In this document: positions 12,911 to 26,720 of the stretch, piece after piece | Numbering within the stretch: position 1 is the stretch's first letter | How the letters are laid out: every line of letters starts with the position of its first letter | Source of the DNA: Eledone cirrhosa | Taxonomy: Eukaryota | DNA: 64,000 nt | Direction of reading: 5' to 3' | Assembly (NCBI GenBank): GCA_964016885.1 | Contig: OZ024751.1 | Span: 27,094,001-27,158,000, forward strand | Made by a program: the position numbers and the translations under genes | The notes under the pieces: generated by a model | The model's input: the letters and a program-made list of their open reading frames with translations, nothing else | Database searches by the model: none | What the model was told of the DNA's origin: nothing

Positions 12911-13529
12911 CAGAAAACATTGGAACATAATCGTTATTAAAATGTTTAGAGACAAGATGATATTTAAGATGGATATCTCTTAAACATAAATTAAAATAAT
13001 TGTTTCTTTGTCAAATATATTGCCTGCAGGAATCCTGCAACAAAAGGAATGGCATTTTACTAGAGTATCTCTAGAATATCAACTATTTCTTTATGGAAAC
13101 ATTTGAAAAGTTGATGCTAATTGAATATTTTTGAAGGAAAGATCAGTAAAAACAAGGATAAAGAATATTTTTTGTAGAAATAGAATTTTGCCAAAAGCTA
13201 CACCACTGATGTGTGATTGATTAAAAAGGTTAGGATATTGAAAAATAAAAAAATTAACCTTTTAAAGAGTGATTGTGTTGGTGTGTGAAAAGATGTTCTA
13301 TTTCAAGCAATAATATACAAAGATATATCAACATATCTAGTTTTCACTTAACAACCAAATCATAAGTTGCTTTAAGTTTTTTTTGGGTGGGGGTGAGGTT
13401 ACAATTTATGCTTTTAATATCTTGGCACTTATTATCATCCCCATCACCACCACTATCACCCTCCTCCACCCCATCATCATCATCATATTCTCAGGTCAGA
13501 TGCAAAATATAATTCCCTCTTCCATGCCC

Positions 13530-13735
13530 CAAGCTAGTAAAAGACCCAGGTCAAATGTAAAATGTAGCCCCAAAGGCTGGTAATAGGTCTAAACCAGATG
13601 TGAAATGTAGACATGTGCCCACCCACTCAAGTTGGTAGTAGGCCCAAACAAAATATCAAATGTGGGTCCCATTGCAAAATGATCATTAAGTAATTTAGGA
13701 GTTGGTGCCAAGCACATAAGATTTATGTATGACTT
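13530..13735 (+). mobile_element. Unclassified interspersed element with CCAGATGT(G/A)AAATGT sub-repeats
   Basis: Related copies at 38380-38560 and 43960-44420 share the sub-repeats and a 3' motif resembling TTCAAAACTG..TTTTAGTAAT.AGTG. Confidence 0.55.
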
Positions 13736-14388
13736 GAGTATATATATGAATATTTAGTGTGTATGTATATTATTATGTGAGTATATATATGTATATTTAG
13801 TGTGTATGTATATTATTATGTGAGTATATATATGTATATTTAGTGTGTATGTATATTATTATGTGAGTATATATATGTATATTTAGTGTGTATGTATATT
13901 ATTATGTGAGTATATATATGAATATTTAGTGTGTATGTATATTATTATGTGAGTATATATATGTATATTTAGTGTGTATGTATATTATTATGTGAGTATA
14001 TATATGTATATTTAGTGTGTATGTATATTATTATGTGAGTATATATATGTATATTTAGTGTGTATGTATATTATTATGTGAGTATATATATGTATATTTA
14101 GTGTGTATGTATATCATTACGTGAGTATATACATGTATATTTAGTGTGTATGTATATCATTACGTGAGTATGTATATCATTACGTGAGTATATACATGTA
14201 CATTTAGTGTGTATGTATACCATTACATGAGTATATATATGTACATTTAGTGTGTATGTATACCATTACATGAGTATATATATGTACATTTAGTGTGTAT
14301 GTATACCATTACATGAGTATATATATGTACATTTAGTGTGTATGTATACCATTACATGAGTATATATATGTACATTTAGTGTGTATGT
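13736..14388. repeat. 43-bp minisatellite, ~15 copies
   Basis: Unit TATTTAGTGTGTATGTATATTATTATGTGAGTATATATATGTA, with a gradient of variants along the array. Confidence 0.93.
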
Positions 14389-14692
14389 GAAGGCATATGG
14401 CTTAGTGGTTAGGCTTGCAATCAAGAGGTTGTGAGTTTGGTTTTCAGACCAGGTGGTGCATTGTATCCTTGAGCAAGACACTTTACTCAGCTGTAGAAAT
14501 GAGTTGCGACGTCACTGGTGTCAAGCTGTATCGGCCATTGCCTCCTTTCCCTTGGACAACATCGGTGGTGTGGAGAGGGGAGACTGGTATACATGGGTGA
14601 CTGCTGGTCTTCCATAAACAACCTTGCCCGAACTTGTGCATTAGAGGAGAGCTTTCTAGGTACAAATCCTTTGGTCATTTGTGACTGAAGGT
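14389..14692 (+). mobile_element. tRNA-derived SINE with CORE-like central domain
   Basis: A-box TGGCTTAGTGG, degenerate B-box, then TGTATCCTTGAGCAAGACACTT; antisense relatives at ~20830-21050 and ~28790-28890. Confidence 0.75.
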
Positions 14693-14708
14693 GGGGGGGG
14701 GGGGGGGT

Positions 14709-15521
14709 CTTTACCTACATTACTTTACCTACTTTACCTACAATACTTTACCTACAATACTTTACCTACATTACTTTACCTACATTACTTTACCTACATT
14801 ACTTTACCTACTTTACTTTACCTACTTTACTTTACCTACATTACTTTACCTACATTACTTTACCTACTTTACTTTACCTACTTTACTTTACCTACTTTAC
14901 TTTACCTACATTACTTTACCTACATTACTTTACCTACTTTACTTTACCTACTTTACTTTACCTACTTTACTTTACCTACTTTACTTTACCTACATTACTT
15001 TACCTACTTTACTTTACCTACTTTACTTTACCTACAATACTTTACCTACATTACTTTACCTACATTACTTTACCTACATTACTTTACCTACTTTACTTTA
15101 CCTACAATACTTTACCTACATTACTTTACCTACTTTACTTTACCTACTTTACTTTACCTACATTACTTTACCTACTTTACTTTACCTACATTACTTTACC
15201 TACTTTACTTTACCTACTTTACTTTACCTACTTTACTTTACCTACATTACTTTACCTACATTACTTTACCTACAATACTTTACCTACAATACTTTACCTA
15301 CAATACTTTACCTACTTTACTTTACCTACATTACTTTACCTACTTTACTTTACCTACATTACTTTACCTACTTTACTTTACCTACTTTACTTTACCTACT
15401 TTACTTTACCTACTTTACTTTACCTACTTTACTTTACCTACTTTACTTTACCTACAATACTTTACCTACATTACTTTACCTACTTTACTTTACCTACTTT
15501 ACTTTACCTACAATACTTTAC
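14709..15521. repeat. 15-bp minisatellite, ~54 copies
   Basis: Unit TACTTTACCTAC(ATT/TTT/AA-type variant); the + strand has no G. Confidence 0.96.
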
Positions 15522-15659
15522 TATAAACTTACAAATAAAAGAATAGAATAAAAGAAGTAGAACTTAAATTAAATGGATTTCTTCAAAATGAAACTGGAAC
15601 ATCAGAAAATGAACCTGACTGAAAATGTAAGTCTAACTTGTGAGACGCTGTTTTAGTTA

Positions 15660-16362
15660 GCCATCTCTGTCCTGATCACAGTAAGGGAGCTGGTCTGAGG
15701 ACCCAGGGTATGAAAATGTCTCTACAGGTATAGGAAAGCCATTTCTGTCCTGATCACAGTAAGGAAGCTGGTCTGATGACCCAGGGTATGAAAATGTCTC
15801 TACAGGTATAGGAAAGCCATTTCTGTCCTGATCACAATAAGGAAGCTGGTCTGAGGACCCAGGGTATGAAAATGTCTCTACAGGTATAGGAAAGCCATCT
15901 CTGTCCTGATCACAGTAAGGAAGCTAGTCTGATGACCCAGGGTATGAAAATGTCTCTACAGGTATAGGAAAGCCATTTCTGTCCTGATCACAGTAAGGAA
16001 GCTGGTCTGATGACCCAGGGTATGAAAATGTCTCTACAGGTATAGGAAAGCCATTTCTGTCCTGATCACAATAAGGAAGCTGGTCTGAGGACCCAGGGTA
16101 TGAAAATGTCTCTACAGGTATAGGAAAGCCATCTCTGTCCTGATCACAGTAAGGAAGCTAGTCTGATGACCCAGGGTATGAAAATGTCTCTACAGGTATA
16201 GGAAAGCCATCTCTGTCCTGATCACAGTAAGGAAGCTGGTCTGAGGACCCAGGGTATGAAAATGTCTCTACAGGTATAGGAAAGGCATCTCTGTCCTGAT
16301 CACAGTATGGAAGCTGGTCTGAGGACCCAGGGTATGAAAATGTCTCTACTGCTATAGGAAAG
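15660..16362. repeat. 78-bp minisatellite x9
   Basis: Unit CCATCTCTGTCCTGATCACAGTAAGGAAGCTGGTCTGAGGACCCAGGGTATGAAAATGTCTCTACAGGTATAGGAAAG; 26-aa periodic ORF. Confidence 0.96.
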
Positions 16363-16910
16363 GACATGATGATTAAAAATCCAAATTATTAATGAAATCC
16401 AATTAATTCTGCTCAGTTCAGTTCTTATACAGTGGTGCCATCTATATAACTGGCAAGATAAATTAAAAGGAAGTGGAGAAGCATGAAATGTCTTCCTTGA
16501 TTTCACCAGAATAAATCAATTGTGTGGTTGCCACTGAAGCAGCTTGACTGCAAAAACCTAAAGAAACTTCGGACATGATTGTAAAGAAAAGCTATTTTCT
16601 TGAAAAAGATCAATAAATTAATAGAACTATATTAGCAGAGAGTTTGGTGGGAATTCTGTGAAAAACAGCAGCTTTCATTAGTCTCAAGAATTTGGAACAA
16701 TAGTAGCAAAAGTCCCCAGAGGGTGGTCTACACACACATAGATACATGCACACACACATACATAGATATATACATGCTCACTTATATTAACAGGGAAAGC
16801 GAATGTTAAAACAATGATAATAATTATATATATATATATATTTTGTGTATATATATATATATATATACACATGCAAGCAAGGAAAAGTTGTCAGAAAATG
16901 ATGATGATAG

Positions 16911-16942
<32 letters not shown>

Positions 16943-17559
16943 GTGTATATATATATAGTATGTATATATATATTTATATATATATTTATATATATAGTAT
17001 GTATATATTTATATATATAGTATATATATATATTTTTTTTTAAATATATATATTATATATATATATTTATATTTATATATATAGTATATAAATAAATACA
17101 CACACACACACATATATATATATATAATATGTGTATATGTGTGTATGTTGATGACTTAGCAAGATACCAACACTTCGTGTTGGACTTTGAAAGATTACTT
17201 AAAGGAAATGGTAAAATGGAAAATATCTATTTATGGCATCAAGTTAGAATTTGTGTAAATACACACACACACATATATATGCATATATGCATATATAAAT
17301 GTGTGCGGCAGATGTGAAGGAATGGAATTGAATACAAAATAGAAATACTGGTTAAAAGAAGAACAATGCTTAAGAAAACAGTTTCTTACAGTATTGTGTT
17401 GGCTTTGATTGGAAAGGTGGCAAGAATATTTATAGACAATATAATGATTTATAACTGTCATTGTTACTTGATATGTGTATGGAGTATAGGGTTTATCATG
17501 TAGAATAAACATATTGGAATGGACCATCATCAGTTGAAACGATGAGTGTTTCCAGTTAA

Positions 17560-18382
17560 TTGGTCAACCACACAGTATAGTATCTCATTCCACAGACACG
17601 TGTATCTGTTAATGTAATTCTGACATTGATCTTAATACAGTGTGTGAAAAGGTTGGCTCTATTCATCTGACAGAGTTCCATACAGTTTCTGCCTTCCCAA
17701 TTTCCCTCACTACAGCTTGCTCATAATACTAATGTGCAAGTGGCTGAGCATTCATGAGACCCCTTAACACAATTCTCTGAGAGCTTCAGTGTGATACAAT
17801 GTCTCACATAGATGGTACAGGCTTCCATACAGCTTTTGTCTACACAGCTTCACTCACAATATAGCCTATTCATGGAATTAAGTGCCTGAGCATTCCACAA
17901 GCACACGTATCCCTTAACATAAACCCCAAGGAAATTCAGTATGACAAGGTAACAAGGTTGGACCTTTGAATTACAAGTGCAATCCATCTGAGAGACTTAT
18001 ATACATTTTCTATCTACCTTGTTTCACTCTGAAGACTTGAGTCAACCCAAGCTTGTGGTAAATCATATTTGCCCAAGATACCAAGCCTGTGGTAAATCAT
18101 AATTGCCCAAGATACCATGTCTGTGGTAAATCATATTTACCCAAGATACCAAGTCTATGGTAAATCATATTTGCCCAAGATACCAAGCCTGTGGTAAATC
18201 ATAATTGCCCAAGATACCATGTCTGTGGTAAATCATATTTACCCAAGATACCAAGTCTATGGTAAATCATATTTACCCAAGATACCATAATTGTGGTAAA
18301 TCATATTTGCTGAAGATACCATGCAGTGGGATTGAACCCAGGATCTAATGGTTGTGAAGTAAACCTGTTAACCATTTGGCTA
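17560..18382 (-). mobile_element. Decayed tRNA-SINE copies with an internal 34-bp tandem amplification (18050-18322)
   Basis: End reads TTTGCTGAAGATACCATGCAGTGGGATTGAACCC (antisense B-box GGGTTCAATCCC); the unit GTGGTAAATCATATTTGCCCAAGATACCAAGTCT x8 lies within the SINE body. Confidence 0.65.
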
Positions 18383-18796
18383 TGCTGTATCTACCATCCA
18401 TCTTACTTCTGTCATGCTGTATCTACCACCCATCTTACTTCTGTCATGCTGTATCTACCACCCATCTTACTTCTGTCATGCTGTATCTACCACCCATCTT
18501 ACTTCTGTCATGCTGTATCTACCACCCATCTTACTTCTGTCATGCTGTATCTACCACCCATCTTACTTCTGTCATGCTGTATCTACCACCCATCTTACTT
18601 CTGTCATGCTGTATCTACCACCCATCTTACTTCTGTCATGCTGTATCTACCACCCATCTTACTTCTGTCATGCTGTATCTACCACCCATCTTACTTCTGT
18701 CATGCTGTATCTACCACCCATCTTACTTCTGTCATGCTGTATCTACCACCCATCTTACTTCTGTCATGCTGTATCTACCACCCATCTTACTTCTGT
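18382..18796. repeat. 32-bp minisatellite x13
   Basis: Unit ATGCTGTATCTACCACCCATCTTACTTCTGTC, nearly perfect copies. Confidence 0.97.
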
Positions 18797-19084
18797 AGAG
18801 TTGTAGTGTTTTAGGAGTGTTGTTGTATTATAGATCTATTACAGTAGTATTCTAGTAGGCAGGAAAGTTATGAATATGTCAGAACCAAGTAGACTTGACA
18901 ATGTTTTAAAGATAGTAGAAATGAAATGTCTTCAAGCCATATATGTTTAAAGTCAATTTTTATGATTGTTATATAACCATGAATATTTTCAGTTTATGAA
19001 TTTTAATTTAATGGAATGAGTCAAGTTAATGGTCTAAGATATCTTGTCCTTTATATCTCTTGTGTTTTAGTAACTAAATAAGTC

Positions 19085-19960
19085 TATAACTTGGGGGCAA
19101 TCATTTCAGATGAAGGATCTAAACCCGAAGTACTCGCCAGATCTGCCCAGACCACAGCAGCACTTACAAAACTTAAGGCCGTCTTGAATGACAGGAACAT
19201 AGCCCTCAGCTCCAAGATCAGACTGATGTGCTCTCTGATCATGTCCATATTCTTGTATGCTTGTGAGTCTTGGACAATAATAGCAGATCTGGAGAGAAGA
19301 ATACAGGCTACAGAGATGAGATGCTTCAGAAAGCTCCTTGACATCACCTACAGAGACCGCATCTCTAATGAGGAGGTGCCAAACAGAATTTGGCAAGACA
19401 CACCATCCAGGCTGAAACAAATGAGGTCGTGTAGGTGTCACGACAAAAAAACACACAGTCCACGCTGTAATGTGGCCGTGTAGGCAACACGGTAAAAACC
19501 TCCCAGCCCCACACTGTAAATGTGGCTGGTGTTAGGAAGGGCACCCACCTGTAGAAAACCTGCCAGACAGTCCTATGCGAGCAAGACAATCACTCTTGCC
19601 TCAAGTGGGAAAACCCCCGTCCAAACCCATGCAAGCGTGGAACACGGACGTTAAACGTTGATGATGATGATGATGATCGAGCCCTACAAAGACCTAATGA
19701 CCATTGTAAAAAAACACAAATTGAGATGGTGCAGGCACATGACAAGATCTTCAGGGCTTTCCAAGACTGTCCTGCAAGGAACAGTACAAGGAGGGAGGAA
19801 GAGAGGCAGATAGAAAAAGATGGGAGGACAACATCTCGGAATGGATAGGCTGGGTACAACCATGAGGAAGGCGGAGAGATGAGTAGAATGGAAGGAGATG
19901 GTTACCAGGTCATCTGTGGCTCCCCAACGGTCCACCAGATTACAGGACAGATGAGATGAG
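19085..19960 (+). mobile_element. RTE-type LINE 3' fragment (second family), split by a SINE
   Basis: LGAIISDEGSKPEVLAR...IFLYACESWT...EMRCFRKLL...NEEV, resuming after the insert as IEPYKDLMTIVKK...VLQGTVQGGRKRGR; short GATGA-type tail. Confidence 0.88.
19401..19676 (+). mobile_element. SINE-like element with RTE-derived 3' tail and (GAT)n
   Basis: Contains GGTGTTAGGAAGGGCACCCACCTGTAGAAAACC and ends CCCATGCAAGCGTGGAACACGGACGTTAAACGTT(GAT)n; relatives at 48380-48510 (-) and 60888-61001. Confidence 0.8.
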
Positions 19961-20829
19961 TGTTGTTGTTGCTGCTGGTGTTGTTTAACCTTCTAGTGGT
20001 CAGTCCCACCTCCTTTTAGATCAAACTGACCTATGATAAAACATACACCACTCACAACCCTGGTGATACTATCATCTTTCTAGAGTTGCAGTTATTTAGA
20101 CCTATAACCCCTAAAAGATCAATATGCAGGCGAGAAAAAAAAAAAGAAAATTTATTGGCAAGTGTGAATAGCATGACTGTAAATATTGCAGCAATTGTGA
20201 AGTCTTATAACTGCAGACATTGCAATATAATTGTTGTTATAACTGATTATATTGCAATAGTAGTTACTGTTATAGCTGCAGACATTGCAATAGTAGTTAC
20301 TGTTATAACTGCTTACATTGCAATAGTAGTTACTGTTATAACTGCTTACATTGCAATAGTAGTTACTGATATAAAATAATCCTTGCAATTTGTACACATT
20401 TCCAATTTTTGGCCTTTTCTTCTGATATCAGCAGAGAATTTGAAAAGTCAGAAATTATAAAGAAAAGGGTTAGGGCTACATTGTAACGTGGTAGTACTGG
20501 TGCCACAATAAAATTCACCTAAATACACTTGGTAAAGTGATAGTGATAGCGCCATAAAACAATGCACCCAGTACACTCTGTAAAGTGGTAGTACTGGTGC
20601 CACAATAAAATGCACCCAGAAGACTCTGCAAAGTGGAAGTGTCGGTTTTATGATAAAATACTTCAATTTTTGAAATTATTTTCAAAAATTAAATTGAAAA
20701 TCACAGACAATCTCTTTTATTAGAAATATGAAAATAAAAGGGTTAAACAAGCCCCCATTAACTTATAATGTGTGTGTGTGTTTATGTGTGTATTATTATT
20801 TTACATCTGTTTGACAAAACCCAGAGTTT

Positions 20830-21050
20830 ATCCTAGTTTTCACAGGCATTAAGTGACAGAGTACAAGATTCCTCCTGGATGGGACTCTAGTTTGTTGTCG
20901 TGCCAACTTCCAGCTAATGCTGATACTCATTTTCAGCTGAATTGAAGCAATGTGAAATGAAGTGCCTTGCTGAAGGACACAACACATCACCTTGTCTGGG
21001 AATTGAACTCATCACTTTATGATTGTGAAGCCAACACTCTAACCATGTAC
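20830..21050 (-). mobile_element. CORE-like tRNA-SINE
   Basis: AAGTGCCTTGCTGAAGGACACA...GGAATTGAACTC is antisense to the family at 14389. Confidence 0.7.
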
Positions 21051-21509
21051 CTTCACAAGAACCAACAGAACTTAATATGCCATCAACGTACCAAGTCAAA
21101 ACCTAGTTACCATTAACTGTCAGTTACTAAGACTTAATTCCATCAATTCCGATTACCAAATTAATGGACATTAAAACTAATCAATACACTAAAAAAATCA
21201 ACATGGAATCGTTAAATAAATAAATTAATGAAAGAATTTATTGAAATACTCAGATGTTGTTGTTGTTTGTGTTTCTGTGTCTTTATTACAACAATAAGGA
21301 TCAAACAACGAAAACAAACAATAACAACTTCAATAACAATAACAACAACAATAACAACAACAATTATTAATATAGCTGCTGCTGATTGATTGGAATAAGT
21401 TTTAAGTTGTGATGCAATATTTGATGATATTAATTACTGCAACAATGGGTAATTAGTTTGATATTGGGATGGTGAGATAGGTAGGTGGGTGGATAGGTAA
21501 GGTGGGTGG

Positions 21510-22897
21510 TTAGGTTGTGAGATGGGAGGTTGTGAGGCAGGTAGATTGTGAGGTAGGAGATTGAGAGGTAGGTAGGTTGTGAGGTAGGTAGGTTGTGAGG
21601 TAGTGAGATGGGAGGCAGGTAGGTTGTGAGGTAGGAGATTGTGAGGTAGGTAGGTTGTGAGGTAGGTAGGTTGTGAGGTAGTGAGATGGGAGGTAGGAGA
21701 TTGTGAGGTAGGAGATTGTGAGGTAGGTAGGTTGTGAGGTAGGTAGGTTGTGAGGTAGGAGGTTGTGAGGCAGGTAGATTGTGAGGTAGGTAGGTTGTGG
21801 GGTAGGTAGGTTGTGAGGTAGGAGATTGTGAGGTAGGTAGGTTGTGAGGTAGGTAGGTTGTGAGGTAGGAGGTTGTGAGGTAGGAGATTGTGAGATGGGA
21901 GGTTGTGAGGTAGTGAGATGGGAGGCAGGTAGGTTGTGAGGTAGGAGATTGTGAGGTAGGAGATTGTGAGGTAGGAGGTTGTGAGGTAGGAGATTGTGAG
22001 ATGGGAGGTTGTGAGGTAGTGAGATGGGAGGCAGGTAGGTTGTGAGGTAGGAGATTGTGAGGTAGGAGATTGTGAGGTAGTGAGATGGGAGGCAGGTAGG
22101 TTGTGAGGTAGGAGATTGTGAGGTAGGAGATTGTGAGGTAAGTAGGTTGTGAGGTAGGAGATTGAGAGGTAGGTAGGTTGTGAGGTAGTGAGATGGGAGG
22201 CAGGTAGGTTGTGAGGTAGGAGATTGTGAGGTAGGTAGGTTGTGAGGTAGGTAGGTTGTGAGGTAGGAGATTGAGAGGTAGGTAGATTGTGAGGTAGTGA
22301 GATGGGAGGCAGGTAGGTTGTGAGGTAGGAGATTGTGAGGTAGGTAGGTTGTGAGGTAGGTTGTGAGGTAGGTTGTGAGGTAGGTAGGTTGTGAGGTAGG
22401 AGATTGTGAGGTAGGTAGGTTGTGAGGTAGGTAGGTTGTGAGGTAGGTAGGTTGTGAGGTAGGAGATTGTGAGGTAGGAGATTGTGAGGTAGGTAGGTTG
22501 TGAGGTAGGTAGGTTGTGAGGTAGGAGATTGTGAGGTAGGTAGGTTGTGAGGTAGGTAGGTTGTGAGGTAGGTAGGTTGTGAGGTAGTGAGATGGGAGGC
22601 AGGTAGGTTGTGAGGTAGGAGATTGTGAGGTAGGAGATTGTGAGGTAGGTAGGTTGTGAGGTAGGTAGGTTGTGAGGTAGAAGATTGTGAGGTAGGTAGG
22701 TTGTGAGGTAGGTAGGTTGTGAGGTAGGTAGGTTGTGAGGTAGGTAGGTTGTGAGGTAGAAGATTGTGAGGTAGGTAGGTTGTGAGGTAGGAGATTGTGA
22801 GGTAGGTAGGTTGTGAGGTAGGGAGGTTGTGAGGTAGGTAGGTTGTGAGGTAAGTAGGTTGTGAGGTAGGTAGGTTGTGAGGTAGGAGATTTTGAGG
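21510..22897. repeat. 15-16-bp G-rich minisatellite
   Basis: Units TGAGGTAGGTAGGTTG and TGAGGTAGGAGATTG; almost no C on the + strand; about 70 TGAGGTAG octamers counted by eye. Confidence 0.96.
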
Positions 22898-23206
22898 TTA
22901 TATATATAATAACATTAATAAAGATGCCTATGTTTCATAAATCGTTTATTCATTATAATTATTTCAACGGTTCTCCCATGCAATCAAGATGTAATTCATG
23001 CATTTGTTGTTGTTATGAGAACGGTGTCCTCAGATGAAATTCGATTTTGTGATATGTTGCCGACAGGAAAAACACGTCCTTCTGCTCGCGTGTCTTTATT
23101 AATGTTATTATTATACTGAATCTCCATCATAACTACAAACTACGAATGTTGAGGGCTTTCTCCTGCTTGTTCCTTCCTGTCTTCTTTACCAAAACAATCT
23201 CTTCAG

Positions 23207-23265
<59 letters not shown>

Positions 23266-23401
23266 GTAGAACACTGGAAGGTTATATCCTTAGTAAATAG
23301 AGCACTCAGTCCATGGGATGAGTTGCGTATAAAGTTAGTCTCACAACAGTTAGCAAACCATTCTTGAGGACACGTGTTTCACCTACTAACTGTTGTGGAA
23401 C

Positions 23402-23452
<51 letters not shown>

Positions 23453-23503
23453 ATATCATCATCATCTTTGTTTAACGTCTATCTTCCACGCTAGCATGGG
23501 TTA

Positions 23504-23551
<48 letters not shown>

Positions 23552-23986
23552 ATATTTATAGATATATATATAACCAAAAATAAACAGAAAATATGAGTGG
23601 AATAGTAACATCACAACTAGTAATTAAGGACAAAATGAAGACATACAGACAGACACATAAACTAAACTAACAAAAGACACACACAGATAGAACAACTAAA
23701 TAAACACATAAATAAATAAAAACACACACACACACCCAGATGTAACACATGCCCAAACCAAGCACACAACACAAAAACAAGATGATGTAGGATAGAACAA
23801 AGGAGAGGCACAAGATAAAAACCCAGTCACTGAGGAGGTCACAGAATGTGTGACGAAAGAGCTTTAACAATATATAAACAACCTTTTGGTTATCGAACCA
23901 ACCAACCAACTGGAAATTTATAATAAATTGAAGTGAAAACCCACAAGTGTGTGTGTTTTTATTGACAGCTGACCCTCCCATAATAT

Positions 23987-24120
<134 letters not shown>

Positions 24121-24354
24121 AAGGGAAGTAACTGGTCACTGAGCCAGGTAGAACTAAGTTACCATCAAACCCATTACCTAACCTGAATGTTTGCAACAGA
24201 GATGGCGCCACTAGTTCCCATTCCACAATTGTTTCACTCCACCTCACAACACAAGTCTCACTACCTCACAACACTTCACAACATAACCTTTTCTTGTCTT
24301 ATTTCTTCATTTTACTCCATTTTCTTCTTTATTTTACACAGATTTATTCAGATT

Positions 24355-24735
24355 TCACACACACTTTCACACACACTCTCCCATACACACACACACTCTC
24401 ACATACACTCACACACTCTCATACACACACTCTCACATACACTCACACACTCTCATACACACACTCTCACATACACATGCTCACATACACTCACACACTC
24501 TCACACACACACTCTCCCATACACTCACACACACATACTCTCACATACACACACACACACTTTCACACACACACTCTCACACACACTCACATATGCACAC
24601 ACTCTTACACACACACACTCTCTCACACACACTCACACACATACACTCTCACATACACCCACACACTTTCACACATACACACATACTCTATCTCACATAC
24701 ACACACATACACTCACATACACTCACACACACACA
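24355..24735. repeat. Degenerate (CA)/(CT) repeat
   Basis: Direct reading. Confidence 0.9.
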
Positions 24736-24779
24736 ATAAATAACAACAATAATTTTCTGTCTTGTGATGTTTTTCATCA

Positions 24780-26720
24780 ATAATAATCTTAATGATACTA
24801 ATACTAATGTTACTAATCTCAATACTAATACTAATGATAGCAATGTTACTACTAATACTAACATTACTACTAATACTAATGATACTACTAATACTAACAT
24901 TACTACTAATAGTAATGTTACTACTAATACTAACGATACTACTAATACTAATGATACTACTAATACTGATGTTACTACTAATACTAATGGTACTACTAAT
25001 ACTAATGTTACTACTAATACTAATGGTAGTACTAATACTAATGATACTACTAATACTGATGTTACTACTAATACTAATGGTAGTACTAATACTAATGTTA
25101 CTACTAATACTAATGGTAGTACTAATACTAATGTTACTACTAATACTAATGGTACTTCTAATACTAATGGTACTACTAATACTAATGTTACTACTAATAC
25201 TAATGGTACTTCTAATACTAATGGTACTACTAATAGTAATGTTACTCCTAATACTAACGATACTACTAATACTAATGTTACTACTAATACTAATGGTACT
25301 TCTAATACTAATGGTACTACTAATACTAATGGTACTACTAATACTGATGTTACTACTAATACTAATGATACTACTAATACTAATGATACTACTAATACTA
25401 ATGATACTACTAATGTTACTACTAATACTGATGTTACTACTAATACTAATGGTAGTACTAATACTAATGGAACTACTAATACTGATGTTACTACTAATAC
25501 TAATGGTAGTACTAATACTAATGTTACTACTAATACTGATGTTACTACTAATACTAATGGTAGTACTAATACTAATGGAACTACTAATACTAATGATACT
25601 ACTAATACTAATGGAACTACTAATACTAATGATACTACTAATACTAATGATACTACTAATACTAATGGTACTACTAATACTAATGATACTACTAATGTTA
25701 CTACTAATACTAACGATACTACTAATACTAATGATACTACTAATACTAATGATACTACTAATGTTACTACTAATACTAATGGTACTACTAATACTAATGG
25801 TACTACTAATACTAATGGTACTACTAATACTAATGGTACTACTAATACTAATGATACTACTAATACTAATGGAACTACTAATACTAATGATACTACTAAT
25901 ACTAATGATACTACTAATACTAATGGTACTACTAATACTAATGATACTACTAATGTTACTACTAATACTAATGATACTACTAATACTAATGATACTACTA
26001 ATACTAATGATACTACTAATACTAATGATACTACTAATGTTACTACTAATACTAATGGTACTACTAATACTAATGGTACTACTAATACTAATGGTACTAC
26101 TAATACTAATGGTACTACTAATACTAATGATACTACTAATACTAATGGTACTACTAATACTAATGGAACTACTAATACTAATGATACTACTAATACTAAC
26201 GATACTACTAATACTAATGATACTACTAATACTAATGATACTACTAATGTTACTACTAATACTAATGGTACTACTAATACTAATGGAACTACTAATACTA
26301 ATGATACTACTAATACGAATGGTACTACTAATACTAATGATACTACTAATACTAATGGTACTACTAATACTAATGGTACTACTAATACTAATGGTACTAC
26401 TAATACTAATGATACTACTAATACTAATGGTACTACTAATACTAATGTTACTACTAATACTAATGATACTACTAATACTAATGGAACTACTAATACTAAT
26501 GATACTACTAATACGAATGGTACTACTAATAGTAATGATACTACTAATACGAATGGTACTACTAATACTAATGATACTACTAATACTACTACTAATACTA
26601 ATGTTACTACTAATGCTAATGATACTACTAATACTACTACTAATACTAATGATACTACTAATACTAATGGTACTACTAATGTTACTACTAATACTAATGT
26701 TATTACTAATACTAATGATA
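24780..26720. repeat. 18-bp (ACT/AAT-derived) minisatellite, ~105 units
   Basis: Unit ACTACTAATACTAAT(GAT/GGT/GTT); gives stop-free ORFs in four frames. Confidence 0.95.

Noticed and set aside
14389-14460. tRNA gene
   Set aside because: The A-box is present but the B-box and cloverleaf are degenerate, and the sequence continues into a SINE body.
15660-16362. 78-bp array as a hammerhead-ribozyme satellite (CTGA[T/G]GA-N10-GAAA in each unit)
   Set aside because: Helix II cannot close next to GAAA, and no strand complementary to AGCTGGT exists for helix I; the core boxes are probably coincidental.
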